Shown in pieces: positions 16,381 through 26,804 of a DNA stretch of 64,000 nt. Position 1 is the stretch's first letter. Each line of letters starts with the position of its first letter. The notes beneath the pieces were generated by a model. It saw nothing but the letters and a program-made list of their open reading frames with translations, was not told the origin of the DNA and did no database searches. Source of the DNA: Planctomycetia bacterium (GTDB lineage Bacteria > Planctomycetota > Planctomycetia > Gemmatales > Gemmataceae); NCBI GenBank assembly GCA_005808665.1, contig SYLG01000007.1, positions 54,298-118,297 of the forward strand, written 5' to 3'. The translations under genes were made by a program, and so were the position numbers.

Positions 16381-17136
16381 TTATGCTGCTTTGGTTTGGC
16401 TCCGGACCGATTCCTGATAGGCAAGCACGACTTCATTGATCGGGCCGATCTGTTTAACCGATCCGTGGTCCATCCAAAGGCCCCGTGTGCAAAAATTGCG
16501 AATGGAAATAAGGTCATGGCTAACCATGATAACCAATTGGGCCCGATCCATCATTTCGCGCATTCTTTTGATCGCTTTTTGTTGAAAGGCAAGGTCCCCT
16601 GCGGAAAGGACCTCATCAATCAAAAGGATTTCCGGGTCAATGGAGGTGGCAATGGCAAAGGCAAGTCGAACCATCATGCCAGCACTGTAATAACGAACGG
16701 GCATATTCAGGAAATCGCCCAATTCCGTGAAATCAGCGATAGCTTGGACCTTTTCCTTGAGGGTTGAGGGTGTTTCCCCTTGCAAATAGGACCGATAGGC
16801 AATGTTTTCCCAGCCATTCGCTTCGGGTTCAAAACCTAAATGGATGTCAAAAAGTGAGGAAATTTTGCCAATGACTTCGCGTTTACCGGAAGATGGTCGG
16901 TAAATTCCCGCAAGCATTTTCAACAAGGTGGATTTGCCAGCCCCATTATGGCCAAGAATTCCTAATCGTTCGCCTTTGGCTACTTCAAAGGAAACCTCTT
17001 TTAGGGCCTTGACCTCCATTTGGGGGTAGTTGCCTTTGCGGAACATTTGGCCAACCAGAAACTCTTTCAGGGTCAATACCTTGTTCTGGCGCACCTTAAA
17101 GGTCAGGCTTACCTGGTCCAAAACAACTAGAGCCAT
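16381..17136 (-). CDS. wzt: Polysaccharide/O-antigen-type ABC exporter, ATP-binding subunit (Wzt/TagH/KpsT-like; no C-terminal glycan-binding domain)
   Basis: 251 aa. Walker A GHNGAGKST, signature YSAGMMVRLAF, Walker B LLIDEVLSAGD. It sits next to an ABC-2 permease gene. Confidence 0.85.
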   Translation of the reverse strand: MALVVLDQVSLTFKVRQNKVLTLKEFLVGQMFRKGNYPQMEVKALKEVSFEVAKGERLGILGHNGAGKSTLLKMLAGIYRPSSGKREVIGKISSLFDIHLGFEPEANGWENIAYRSYLQGETPSTLKEKVQAIADFTELGDFLNMPVRYYSAGMMVRLAFAIATSIDPEILLIDEVLSAGDLAFQQKAIKRMREMMDRAQLVIMVSHDLISIRNFCTRGLWMDHGSVKQIGPINEVVLAYQESVRSQTKAA

Positions 17137-17174
17137 GTCGCGCCTCCCTGCGCCGACCTTTTTATTTCAGAAAA

Positions 17175-17957
17175 TCACAGGTGAAGTATGACCTTGTCTT
17201 CTTTGGCCCGCAATGCCAAACATCCAACCAAACCCAAGAGCATGGAAATTCCCATTGCAAGCCCCCAGGTCAGGGGATCGGCTATTTTTCCTTCAAGCAT
17301 GGGAATCCGGATTAGATCCAAAAAGGGAACAACAGGGTTGATATGTACCATCCAGCCTAGTCCACGATCTATCAACAGGGAACTTGGGTACATGATTGGC
17401 GAAAGGTAAAACAGGATTTGAAAGCCAATTTCTGCCAAATGGCGGGTGTCGCGGAAATGGATGTTTGCCAAACCAAACAAAACCGAAACAGCCCAACCGG
17501 CTACCAGAAAAATAGGAAGGGAAACCAGCAGGCTAAATATGGGTAGAATCCCTGTCCACCCCCGAAGGGCCAAGGATAAGGCAATTACCAAAAAGGAAGC
17601 TAAAACCAGATGAAATCCATGGGATAGGGTGTTTCGCAAGGGATAAATTGCCATCGGGGCAGGATATTGCCGAATGTAACTTTCTGCCCTTAAAAAACAT
17701 TGACACCCTTCAAGGGTGGAGTGCAAAAAGAAATTCCAAACCGCAATGCCCGCCATGACATAGGGTGCATAAAAATGAATATCCTGATTTAGTAGGGTGG
17801 CAAACACCGTGCAAAAGATCACCGTCATTGCAATGGGGTTAAGCAGCGACCAACCCATTCCCAAGACCGATCCCCGATATCTAGCCCGGAGGTCCATCCG
17901 TACCAGGGAAAACCAAAACCAACGGCAAACCCAAATCTGCGATAAATAGGCCTTCAT
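17175..17957 (-). CDS. wzm: ABC-2 type polysaccharide exporter permease (Wzm/TagG-like)
   Basis: 260 aa with 6 predicted TM segments. Typical N-terminus: LVRMDLRARYRGSVLGMGWSLLNP. Located immediately upstream of the wzt-like gene. Confidence 0.8.
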   Translation of the reverse strand: MKAYLSQIWVCRWFWFSLVRMDLRARYRGSVLGMGWSLLNPIAMTVIFCTVFATLLNQDIHFYAPYVMAGIAVWNFFLHSTLEGCQCFLRAESYIRQYPAPMAIYPLRNTLSHGFHLVLASFLVIALSLALRGWTGILPIFSLLVSLPIFLVAGWAVSVLFGLANIHFRDTRHLAEIGFQILFYLSPIMYPSSLLIDRGLGWMVHINPVVPFLDLIRIPMLEGKIADPLTWGLAMGISMLLGLVGCLALRAKEDKVILHL

Positions 17958-18261
17958 GGAATTCCCAAAACAATCCTGTACATAGGCGAGTCCGATCCCT
18001 TTGAAACGAACAAACCTCTATGATTTGGGTATATCCGTAACACAAATCCGGGTTCCAGGTCAACCGGGTTCCTTTTTCAAACAGGTCCTACCATCGGCAT
18101 GGGCTTCTTAAGTCTTCCAAAGGGTTCCCCAAGCACTAATTCGAGAAAACCATTGGGAAAATGCCCCGAATTACTACCATTTCCGGCCATTCACCTGTAA
18201 AATACCGTAGCCAAGGTAAGGAATTTACGCAGTTTTTGTTGGGTTTTTAGAGAGTTTTGCA

Positions 18262-20022
18262 ATGGCCATAAATACCACACTTTCCACGGAACCCATGTCG
18301 GGGGCAGACATTCTCATTCAATGTTTACTCAACCATGGCATTGATACCGTTTTTGCCTATCCCGGTGGAGCAAGTATGCCCATTCACCAGGCATTAACCA
18401 TGGTTGATGACCGGATGAGGACGATCCTTCCAAGGCATGAGCAGGGGGGTGGGTTTGCGGCTCAAGGGTATTATCGATCGACCGGGAAAATTAGTGCTTG
18501 TTTTTCTACTTCAGGGCCTGGGGCTACCAATTTTGTAACCTGCTTGGCGGATGCAAAAATGGATTCCATACCCATGTTGGCGATTACCGGCCAAGTAAGT
18601 ACGCCTGTCATTGGGACGGATGCCTTCCAGGAAACTCCCATTGTTGAGGTCTGCCGGGCCATTACCAAGCACCACTACCTGATTACCAAAACAGAGGATA
18701 TTTCCCGGGTGGTCAAAGAGGCCATATTCATTGCCATGACCGGTCGCCCGGGACCCGTGATTATTGATGTGCCAAAAGATGTCCAACAACGCCGTATTGT
18801 TCCGGATTGGGACCCACCCATGAATCTGCCCGGGTACCAACCAACCCCAAAGATTTCCCGGGAAGTTTTGGAATCCGTGTTGGATCTTCTTCGTGAAAGT
18901 TCAAGACCCATTATTTATGCTGGGGGCGGAATTGTTTCCTCCGGGGCCTTTGAACAACTGAAAATATTTGCCGAGAGGACAAGAATTCCGGTTGCCATGA
19001 CGCTTTTAGGGCTGGGTGGATTTCCTGCGGACCATTACCTTTCCCTGCATATGCTTGGTATGCACGGAAGTGTTTACTCAAATTATGCCATTAACGAGGC
19101 AGATTTGCTCATTTCTCTTGGGGTTCGCTTTGATGACCGGGTAACAGGCAAGTTAACCGAGTTTGCAAAGCATGGCAAAATTGTTCATATCGATATTGAT
19201 CCCAGCGAACTCAATAAAAATAAACCCGCCTTGCTTCCCATTGCGGGAGATGTCCTTCAGGCCTTGACCGACCTTAACAGGATCCTGGATCAAAAGCCAA
19301 CCGGAGCCCACCCCATTACCCAGGATTTGAAGTCATGGTGGAGGCAAATCGATGAATGGCGAACCAATGAACCCTTCCGGTTTTCGGACCGGAAGGATGC
19401 CATTTTGCCCCAATATATTATTAAGCGGATGCACGAACTCCTTAAAGAACGCAATATGTTGGAGGACACAATTATCGCAACAGGGGTTGGCCAGCACCAA
19501 ATGTGGGCCGCTCAATTTTTCCATTTCAATAAACCTCGAAAGTGGTTAACAAGCGGTGGATTAGGCACCATGGGATTTGGCCTTCCCGCCGCCATGGGGG
19601 CTCAAGCCGCCCACCCTTTGGCAACCGTCATTGACATTGATGGGGACGGAAGCTTTTTGATGAACATTCAAGAAATGGCCACTTGCCATGTGGAAAAACT
19701 TCCGGTAAAGGTCCTCCTCCTCAATAATCAACATTTAGGCATGGTTGTCCAATGGGAGGACAGGTTCTTTAAATCCAATCGGGGTCACACCTATCTTGGT
19801 GCTGGCCCGGATGAAGGTCCATATCCCGATTTCGTCACCCTGGCCAAGGGTTTCAAATGGAACACGCAGCGAATTTCTGAAATGGGGGATGTGGATGCCG
19901 CCCTTATCCAAATGATCGAATCCAAAGGTCCCTACCTTCTGGATGTAATGGTTCCCCATCAGGAACATGTTTTGCCAATGATTCCAAGCGGTCAAACCGT
20001 TAGGGAAATGATCAAAGTTTGA
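18262..20022 (+). CDS. ilvB: Acetolactate synthase, large (catalytic) subunit
   Basis: 586 aa. Motifs: [42 protein letters not shown], and the ThDP motif [16 protein letters not shown]-like ([18 protein letters not shown]). Confidence 0.92.
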   Translation: MAINTTLSTEPMSGADILIQCLLNHGIDTVFAYPGGASMPIHQALTMVDDRMRTILPRHEQGGGFAAQGYYRSTGKISACFSTSGPGATNFVTCLADAKMDSIPMLAITGQVSTPVIGTDAFQETPIVEVCRAITKHHYLITKTEDISRVVKEAIFIAMTGRPGPVIIDVPKDVQQRRIVPDWDPPMNLPGYQPTPKISREVLESVLDLLRESSRPIIYAGGGIVSSGAFEQLKIFAERTRIPVAMTLLGLGGFPADHYLSLHMLGMHGSVYSNYAINEADLLISLGVRFDDRVTGKLTEFAKHGKIVHIDIDPSELNKNKPALLPIAGDVLQALTDLNRILDQKPTGAHPITQDLKSWWRQIDEWRTNEPFRFSDRKDAILPQYIIKRMHELLKERNMLEDTIIATGVGQHQMWAAQFFHFNKPRKWLTSGGLGTMGFGLPAAMGAQAAHPLATVIDIDGDGSFLMNIQEMATCHVEKLPVKVLLLNNQHLGMVVQWEDRFFKSNRGHTYLGAGPDEGPYPDFVTLAKGFKWNTQRISEMGDVDAALIQMIESKGPYLLDVMVPHQEHVLPMIPSGQTVREMIKV

Positions 20023-20137
20023 TCCTTTCCAATGGATGGATTCATCAACAAATTTCCCCATGGGAGTCCTTTGGGGATTTTTCCCCGTTGAAAATATTTC
20101 TATATCAAGTTATTTTTTGAATGAAAGGAGCCACTTC

Positions 20138-20776
20138 ATGAGTAACCTGTCTGATCAAATTACACAATTTCGTAATATGGTTCAAAATGACCCTGAAAAC
20201 GAATTGGGACATTACCGATTAGGGCAGCTTTTGATGCAGGATAATCAACCTTTGGAAGCTGTTGAATCCTTTCGGCAAACGGTAACCATCAGTCCGCAGT
20301 TTTCAAAGGCATATCAACTTTTGGGTGAAGCCCTTTTAAAAGCGGGTAAAAATGCGGAAGCCATCCTTGCATTAACCAATGGTTTCAAAAAAGCTGACGA
20401 GCGTGGGGATTTGATGCCCAGAGACGCAATGGGCAAACTCCTCAGGGAGTTAGGAGCAGAGGTTCCCTTGGTTGCAAAGGAGGAAAAATCCTCGTCGGTG
20501 CCTGATGGTCCTGGGGGTTTTTCCTGCAAAAGACCTGGTTGTTTACTTGGGAACCGCGCCTCTCCCATTGTTATACCCCCCATGAACGATGATTTGGGGA
20601 CCCAAATTATGGCAAACATTTGTGCAGGGTGTTGGTCGGGTTGGCTCAAAGATTATTCCGTAAAAGTAATCAACGAGCTTCGCCTAAATCTTAGTGATGA
20701 AAAGCGCTATCTAGAATACGATCGACATATGCGTGAGTATCTTGGTTTAGAAACTGATAAAACTCCCAAAATTTGA
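20138..20776 (+). CDS. TPR-repeat domain fused to a YggX-like Fe(2+)-trafficking / oxidative-damage-protection domain
   Basis: ORF 20036..20776. I prefer ATG 20138, which has AAAGGAG upstream. The N-terminal half is TPR-like (HYRLGQLLMQDNQPLEAVESFRQTVTISPQFSKAYQLLGEALLKAGK). The C-terminal ~85 aa align by eye with YggX (FSC..., LGTQIMANICAGCWSGWLKDYSVKVINELRLNLSDEKRYLEYDRHMREYLG). Confidence 0.7.
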   Translation: MSNLSDQITQFRNMVQNDPENELGHYRLGQLLMQDNQPLEAVESFRQTVTISPQFSKAYQLLGEALLKAGKNAEAILALTNGFKKADERGDLMPRDAMGKLLRELGAEVPLVAKEEKSSSVPDGPGGFSCKRPGCLLGNRASPIVIPPMNDDLGTQIMANICAGCWSGWLKDYSVKVINELRLNLSDEKRYLEYDRHMREYLGLETDKTPKI

Positions 20777-20806
20777 TTTTTGTTAGGAGAATCGTCATAA
20801 TTTACA

Positions 20807-20833
20807 CCGGACCCCTTGGGGCCCGGTTTTTTT
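20807..20833 (+). terminator. Rho-independent terminator after the TPR-YggX gene
   Basis: CCGGACCCC-TT-GGGGCCCGG (8 of 9 bp paired) followed by T7, about 30 nt after the stop. Confidence 0.7.
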
Positions 20834-20917
20834 ATGGATTGTTCAAAAGCCTTGGGTTTTCGACTCCAAATTATGAGATAAGGTTGGTGATCCTATTCAA
20901 TCGCATGAGGTAAGGAA

Positions 20918-22219
20918 ATGCCTAAATACCCCAACTTCTTGGAATCCTTGGTATCAAGTGCCCGAAGTTTACTAGTTTCTGCACCGTGGGATTCCTGGAT
21001 GTCCGAATTCACCTGGTCCCGTCAACTTTGTAAAGCCGTCTGGTTGCGATGGTCACAAAAAGTGGAAAACAATCTTTTATCTGCCGACATGAACGCATTC
21101 CTTGGCATGGATTCGACGGCGTTATCCCTGGCCATTGAAAGTTTGGTTCAATCCAAAGGTGCAGATTTATCCCCTGAAATGCGTTATTGTTTGCAAAGTC
21201 TTTTGCTTTCATCCCAAGATTTGGCACGAAATGCTTTTCAAAGGTCGAAAGATCCAGATGGGTTGACTACCCCCAAATGGTTTGAACCAAAGGATCCATT
21301 AGACCTTGCTGATTTGATTCCCCAAGGAATCCCCCAAAACCGCCCTAATGAACCCGTGCTTTTAGGGAAATTGGCTTTAAAAAAATTAGTGGAATTAACT
21401 CCCTGGACAGAATCTTGGCAAGCCAATTCTAAACCATATCCTTTATCGGCAATCCGCAAAATTGGTAATCCAGATTCACCCCAGGGCTTATCCGTAGTTT
21501 ACAGAATGTTTCCCAACAAAACTTCTGTAGAAGCCATGACTCGTCAACGCAACCAACTACTGGAATGGAGAGAGTCTTTAAACACCCCTGGGATTATTAG
21601 AATTCTCAAAGCAAATCATGATGGAAACACAGCATGGCTTGTTCATGAATACCAAAGTGGTTGGAGTATTTTTCATCTTGTCCAAGAAATTCAAACGGCG
21701 CCTTCGCCTGAAGGTTTTAATCGGCTTGCCCGATGGATCAAACGGTTTTCAACTTTGATAGGTCAATGTCACGCAAAAGGGGCGGTTCACGGACTCATCC
21801 ATCCCAAAAGTTTTCAAATTGTCCGGGATCCAAAACAACAAGTAGCAAAAGGTGTATTGGTAGATTTGGGGGTTGGCCCAATCGCTTTAGAAACCGTACT
21901 TGATGAAGGAAAACGGACAAAGACTTCAAACCTAAACCCTGGTCATCCTTGGCATTATGGGTCTCCCCAATGGAAGAAAGGCCTTTCCCCGGGTCCAACG
22001 GATGATGTCCATGCTTTGGGGATGCTGTGGTTTCAAATGTTGGTGAATGATTTTCAGGCACCTCCTCCAGGGGATTTGAATTGGGCGGATACTATTCTGG
22101 ATTTGGGTTTTTCACCAAAACACGCAAGAATAATCAGCCGTGCGATTTCGCCATTAGCCCAAAAACGCCAAGGATCAGCGGTTGAATTGGCAAATGAAAT
22201 CGAGTTGTTGGTGAAATAG
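20918..22219 (+). CDS. Protein-kinase-fold protein lacking catalytic residues (probable pseudokinase)
   Basis: 433 aa. The C-lobe is recognisable (DDVHALGMLWFQMLVND, YGSPQW). The catalytic loop reads HGLIHPKS (21788-21811) instead of HRDLKPxN. There is no GxGxxG loop. DFG is DLG. Confidence 0.6.
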   Translation: MPKYPNFLESLVSSARSLLVSAPWDSWMSEFTWSRQLCKAVWLRWSQKVENNLLSADMNAFLGMDSTALSLAIESLVQSKGADLSPEMRYCLQSLLLSSQDLARNAFQRSKDPDGLTTPKWFEPKDPLDLADLIPQGIPQNRPNEPVLLGKLALKKLVELTPWTESWQANSKPYPLSAIRKIGNPDSPQGLSVVYRMFPNKTSVEAMTRQRNQLLEWRESLNTPGIIRILKANHDGNTAWLVHEYQSGWSIFHLVQEIQTAPSPEGFNRLARWIKRFSTLIGQCHAKGAVHGLIHPKSFQIVRDPKQQVAKGVLVDLGVGPIALETVLDEGKRTKTSNLNPGHPWHYGSPQWKKGLSPGPTDDVHALGMLWFQMLVNDFQAPPPGDLNWADTILDLGFSPKHARIISRAISPLAQKRQGSAVELANEIELLVK

Positions 22220-22251
22220 AAAACCCCACGGTAAAAGTAACGATTTCTCAA

Positions 22252-24756
22252 TTACCCGTTTTTTGAAGGATTTTTAATAGTTTCTTTTAAACGATTGACC
22301 GCATTTTGGGCGTCCCAAACCAAAGGATTGCCTTCATAGGCTGTGATTTGTTCGTAGCATCCCATTGCTTTTTTGGTTTCTCCCAATGCTTCAAAAGCCT
22401 GCCCCATTTTCCAAAGGGTTTTGGTTCCACTTTTGGATGTTTTTCGGAAATCAACCAAGGCATCAATCGCATCTTTTGGCCTGCCTACTTCAAGAAACAA
22501 ATCGCCCAGGATTTGGTTTGCCAAGTCCCACGCCTCCTCTTCAACACCAGAGATCCAGGATGTTGGTTTATCCGCCCGAACTTTTTCAAGGATTTCCAGG
22601 GCCTGATCCCTATTTCCCAGCCGAAGGGCATATCTGCCTGCCAGGACCCGAAGGGGAAGTCCTTTTGGTTCAATCAGTAGTGCCAAATCAATTAAATGGC
22701 CAGCAACCTCCAACCATTCCTCACCCGAAAGGTGGCCATCCAAAACCTTTTTGGCAGTTTTTAAACAGTGTCCTATATCGAAAAATGGCCGGACAATTTC
22801 CAAAACTGACGCTAATTCCCGTGTTGTTACGGAAAAGTAGTACCGATCTTTGCGTTCCAACAGGTCCGCATCCTTGGGAGAATAAATCAGACCCTTTTCC
22901 ACAGCGACCAATGCCGCAAGGGGCTCCCCCAAGGATTCATGGGCATGGGCAATATGTCGTTGGGTTTCCAAACCTGCATCCTTGCAGGATGCATAAAGTT
23001 GCCAGTTTTTTATCGATTCGGGCCATGATTCTTCATGATCCGCAGTTTCAGCCAAATATTTTACCACTCGAAAGAAGATTGCCTGAGATGCTGCGGTAAG
23101 GGTACCAAATTCAACTTTTAAGCCAGTATCCCTTGCCGCCTTATAATGATTCCTGGCCTCCTTGGTGTTTCCATGCCGATCCGCTGCCTTTGCAATCTCC
23201 ACCAGGATTCGGGGACCATCCAACCTGGCCTCAGAAGCGGCGATTCGCATCCAAGATGCTCCTTTGGACCAAGCCTGTGGGTCTTCCAATTTGGCTCGGC
23301 CAATTTCTTGAAGATATTCCGGATCGGCAAGGGATCCTTGATTCAAACCATTGGCAAGGGCATCATTGTAATCTATTTCTTCCAAATCGCTATAAAGCAA
23401 CCTTTTCAAGGACCAGGCCTCCTGATCCTGGATGTGTTTCAAATGGGAGTCCACCGCCTGAATGGCATCCATTCTCCTCCCGGGAAGGGAAAGTTGGGGT
23501 TCCCCAAAAGTAAGCCGTAATTGCTTATTCCACAATATTGCTAATAGCCAAGATCGGACTAAAACCTCTGCTCTTGAAGGATTTGAGAATCCAAAAGTAT
23601 AGGGATTCAATATTTTTTCCAAAAGAGAGGCAGCTTCCTTCACCTTTCCCTGATGAATGAAGGCAACAGCATTCCAATAAAGTATGGCGGGTTCCCAAGC
23701 TGGATTGATTTCTTTGGCGAGAGCTAATAAGGAAAGGGCTTCGTTGTGTTTTTCTGGATCGGGTTTGAGTCCATTTAATATATCCCCGGCTCTTTGTAGA
23801 CATAATTTGCCATCTACCAATTTATGCCAATCCGAATCGGACCTAATTTCATCTAGTGACAGGTTTTGATGAAGGTCCCAATAAGACTTACCTGCCCACT
23901 TATTCCCTGGGTCAGCGTTTAGTGCCTTTTTGAAGGCTAACATTGCCCCTTTTTTCCGACCTACACCTTGCAGGTTTTGTCCCCGAAGTGCTTGCTTGAA
24001 AGATCTGATCCCCGGTAAAATGCGAACAGTATACATTAAATAGAAAAAGGCTGGTCCAATTGTAACCATGGAGCGAAAAGCAGGATGGTCCAGTGGCATC
24101 AACCAAAGTCCAACACCTAACAACATGGAAATAAGTGCCAATTCCCCTTCGCTTTCGTCGACAATTCCCACAAAACCGAGAATATAATAGACAGGCAGGC
24201 CTGCCAACATTGCCAATCCTGCAATGGAGGGGTGACCTAAGGATTTGAATGGGGCACTTCCCCAACCTTCAGGCAATCCTTTGAGAAATAACCAAACCAA
24301 TGCACCCGATACCACAAAGCCAACCAGGGTCAAAAGGATAACTCTTGGCAATCGATCCGGTATTAACCTGGCGGCGGCAATAATCACGCCCAAAAGGGTT
24401 GAACCCCCAACAAGCAAAAGAAGCCAGGCATTTCGATCATCCCCGAGCGTTCCACCGATGGAGAAACTGCCAAATGCCAAACCAAAAAATAACCCACACT
24501 GCATAAGGTGGGGTTGTTCCAATAGGAGATACCCTATTTTGGCAAACAAGGGGCCTGGTCGACGAAGTAGAGATTGGTGGGTAATTGCCCCAATTAGGAG
24601 GGCGGCGGCCAGACCGGCCCAAGGCAATAGGGATAGGTAGACCAGGCCCGCCCAATTGGGACCATCAGAAAGCCCTAAAGCGGCCGCACCATAAAGGAGA
24701 AAACCGAGGTATACCCCCTTTAGGAGGTATTCCAAATTCCACCAGTCGTTTTTCAT
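22252..24756 (-). CDS. Polytopic membrane protein with large C-terminal TPR-repeat domain
   Basis: 834 aa. The first ~260 aa contain about 8 hydrophobic segments. The remainder is made of TPR-like helical repeats (AMLAFKKALNADPGN, EALSLLALAKEINPAWEPAILYWNAVAFIHQGK, WKMGQAFEALGETKKAMGCYEQI). Confidence 0.7.
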   Translation of the reverse strand: MKNDWWNLEYLLKGVYLGFLLYGAAALGLSDGPNWAGLVYLSLLPWAGLAAALLIGAITHQSLLRRPGPLFAKIGYLLLEQPHLMQCGLFFGLAFGSFSIGGTLGDDRNAWLLLLVGGSTLLGVIIAAARLIPDRLPRVILLTLVGFVVSGALVWLFLKGLPEGWGSAPFKSLGHPSIAGLAMLAGLPVYYILGFVGIVDESEGELALISMLLGVGLWLMPLDHPAFRSMVTIGPAFFYLMYTVRILPGIRSFKQALRGQNLQGVGRKKGAMLAFKKALNADPGNKWAGKSYWDLHQNLSLDEIRSDSDWHKLVDGKLCLQRAGDILNGLKPDPEKHNEALSLLALAKEINPAWEPAILYWNAVAFIHQGKVKEAASLLEKILNPYTFGFSNPSRAEVLVRSWLLAILWNKQLRLTFGEPQLSLPGRRMDAIQAVDSHLKHIQDQEAWSLKRLLYSDLEEIDYNDALANGLNQGSLADPEYLQEIGRAKLEDPQAWSKGASWMRIAASEARLDGPRILVEIAKAADRHGNTKEARNHYKAARDTGLKVEFGTLTAASQAIFFRVVKYLAETADHEESWPESIKNWQLYASCKDAGLETQRHIAHAHESLGEPLAALVAVEKGLIYSPKDADLLERKDRYYFSVTTRELASVLEIVRPFFDIGHCLKTAKKVLDGHLSGEEWLEVAGHLIDLALLIEPKGLPLRVLAGRYALRLGNRDQALEILEKVRADKPTSWISGVEEEAWDLANQILGDLFLEVGRPKDAIDALVDFRKTSKSGTKTLWKMGQAFEALGETKKAMGCYEQITAYEGNPLVWDAQNAVNRLKETIKNPSKNG

Positions 24757-24879
24757 GAGTTGCTTTACGAATGAAGGTAGGGGCCCGATGTTATCTTAGG
24801 AATACGGAGCCTAATGAATCGGAGGTTTTGCCAATTCGAATAACTGCTAGGGGAGAATTGCGGAAAGGAAAAAAATGGG

Positions 24880-25302
24880 TCAATCCGTTTGGTTCAAACG
24901 GCGATTGTTTTTCCGATTCGATTGGTGTTTTTTCTCTTGTAGTCGTCGTGTTTTCGAACCAAGCGTTGGTTTGGTTTTTATGCGGTGCTTAGGGGGGTGA
25001 AGAGATTTCAAAATCATTTGCCTTAACTTGATGAGGCAATCTTCCCGATTTCGTTCTTGATCCCTAAACGATTGGGATTGGATCAGGATATCCCCGTCCA
25101 TGGTGAAACGACTGGGAAAACTGGCTTTCATTTGGGTCACAACCCTTGTGGGCAAAGCCACTTTGGTTTCAGGCAATCGCCAGCGAACAATGGCTTTTGA
25201 GGCCACCTTGTTTACATTTTGGCCCCCTGGTCCCCCAGAACGGGCATAAGAAAACTCAAGTTCGTCTTCAGGAATCTGGATCATATCATTAATGATTAAC
25301 AT
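24880..25302 (-). CDS. arfB: Alternative ribosome-rescue factor ArfB (peptidyl-tRNA hydrolase, GGQ domain)
   Basis: 140 aa. Motifs: IPEDELEFSYARSGGPGGQNVNKVASKA and a basic C-terminal tail. Confidence 0.9.
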   Translation of the reverse strand: MLIINDMIQIPEDELEFSYARSGGPGGQNVNKVASKAIVRWRLPETKVALPTRVVTQMKASFPSRFTMDGDILIQSQSFRDQERNREDCLIKLRQMILKSLHPPKHRIKTKPTLGSKTRRLQEKKHQSNRKNNRRLNQTD

Positions 25303-25448
25303 CCATCAAATTCCCCGGTGACACTCATAGCATAGTAGAAAAAACATTCTTGGTTACCATCCTGTTTTTACTATTGTCCTAAAAGTGATTTTTGATGAAT
25401 TCGTAAATCTGACAGAGATAGTTCTGCCAGATTTACATGGTATACATT

Positions 25449-26804
25449 TTATTGGGCCGCATTGCCGCCACCACCCGGGAAGGCAAACCCGGAGGATGTT
25501 CCGAATGTTCCCATTCGGAAGGGAACTGAAATGGAATTTCGAAAGGTCGTTGCAAATTGTTGATTGAAATAATTCACGAATGCCTCAGCTGGTTTTTGCT
25601 GAAGGATTACAATGTCCCCATTGAGAATCCGAATCCTTTCACGGAGGTCCTGGAATGCAAGATTGAGGTCCACCCGGATCGAAATTTGTTGATTAGCAGG
25701 TGTTTTTCGAAGAATCACAACCCACGATGGGTTGGTATTTCCAATACCATTTTGCTGAAACTGTCCGCCAAAACCGCTTTGAGTAAAACCTCCATTGAGA
25801 AGGGGACCACGAATGATGGAGATGGCTTCCAGGATGTCGATGTCAAAATCCCTGGGTAGGGGATACTGCCCGACACCCAAAAGCCCTGCGGTGTAAAAAA
25901 CTTCTTTTTCACGAGGTTCAATATATATTATATCTCCTGTTTTTAAGGTGATATCCTCTTGGGAATAGGTCCATGGGTCCCCGGCCTTCATCCGCAAGGG
26001 AATTCGGGAAAACCCCATTTTCGCGGTGGCTGGAGAGGATAAATCTGTAAGGGAGGTTGCCCGTTGGATTAAAACTTCCGGCTTGCCCCCTTGACTGGGA
26101 AGGCCCCCGGTACGGCTGAGGGCATTCAGGACATCATTTTCATAGGCAGGCAGTTGAAGGGAATAGCCGGATCCACCTTTCCCGCTGACATTGTTAATGA
26201 CAACCTGGCCAAATGTTCCCGAGTTATTCCCCATGGTTGATCCGGGGAGGTTTCCATCATCCCGCATAACAAGAATGTTGTAACTTCGTGGCTGCATAAG
26301 GGTAACGACAATCCTGGCACCTTGTTTAGGCAAAAGTTCCTTGGGTTCAGTACAGGCTTTTTTAATCGCAGCCTGAACCTCTGTAATAGTTAAGCCTTTG
26401 ATTTTTAAAGGCTCAATCATCGGAAGGAGAATGATCCCTCCGTCCTGAATCGGGACGGGATAACCTAAAGCCGGAGGTAATAGGATTTGGGAAGCCTCAC
26501 GCCCGCCATCCCGAACAGGAATAGGTTGGTTGCGCTCACCTAATACCTCTTCAATATAAACACCAAGAATATCCCCGGTGTCTACCTTGTAAGCCTCTGG
26601 GGGCTTTTGCCTAAGCAGGTCCAAAGGAATGGGTCGCAATTCATCCTTGGAAGGGCCAAGGACCTCATCAGGAAGGCGCCTTACCGGAATGCCTTCAGAA
26701 ACTGGTACCGAAAAAGTTGCACAACCCGATATTCCAAAAGGAAGGACCAAAACCAATAGATGGCAATAAATGGATTTTTGCCATTGAGGAAGGATGTGTT
26801 TCAT
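25449..26804 (-). CDS. Wza-like polysaccharide export lipoprotein (Poly_export + SLBB-type domains)
   Basis: 451 aa. Lipobox LPFGISGC. Poly_export-like YKVDTGDILGVYIEEVLG. Repeated soluble-ligand-binding-beta-grasp-like segments (LKTGDIIYIEPRE; ILNGDIVILQQKP). Confidence 0.75.
   Translation of the reverse strand: MKHILPQWQKSIYCHLLVLVLPFGISGCATFSVPVSEGIPVRRLPDEVLGPSKDELRPIPLDLLRQKPPEAYKVDTGDILGVYIEEVLGERNQPIPVRDGGREASQILLPPALGYPVPIQDGGIILLPMIEPLKIKGLTITEVQAAIKKACTEPKELLPKQGARIVVTLMQPRSYNILVMRDDGNLPGSTMGNNSGTFGQVVINNVSGKGGSGYSLQLPAYENDVLNALSRTGGLPSQGGKPEVLIQRATSLTDLSSPATAKMGFSRIPLRMKAGDPWTYSQEDITLKTGDIIYIEPREKEVFYTAGLLGVGQYPLPRDFDIDILEAISIIRGPLLNGGFTQSGFGGQFQQNGIGNTNPSWVVILRKTPANQQISIRVDLNLAFQDLRERIRILNGDIVILQQKPAEAFVNYFNQQFATTFRNSISVPFRMGTFGTSSGFAFPGGGGNAAQ

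Noticed and set aside
17958-18261. 304-nt region upstream of ilvB with the direct repeat CCGGGTTCC x2 (about 18048-18075), considered as a leader, attenuator or riboswitch.
   Set aside because: I could find no leader peptide rich in Ile/Leu/Val, no terminator/antiterminator pair and no known riboswitch motif. The repeat is short and could be chance.
22365-23099. 244-aa plus-strand ORF inside the TM+TPR gene region. Similar long shadows lie within manA (15610-16092, 15777-16283).
   Set aside because: They overlap motif-supported genes on the opposite strand, and their composition (P/R/G-rich) is typical of shadow frames.
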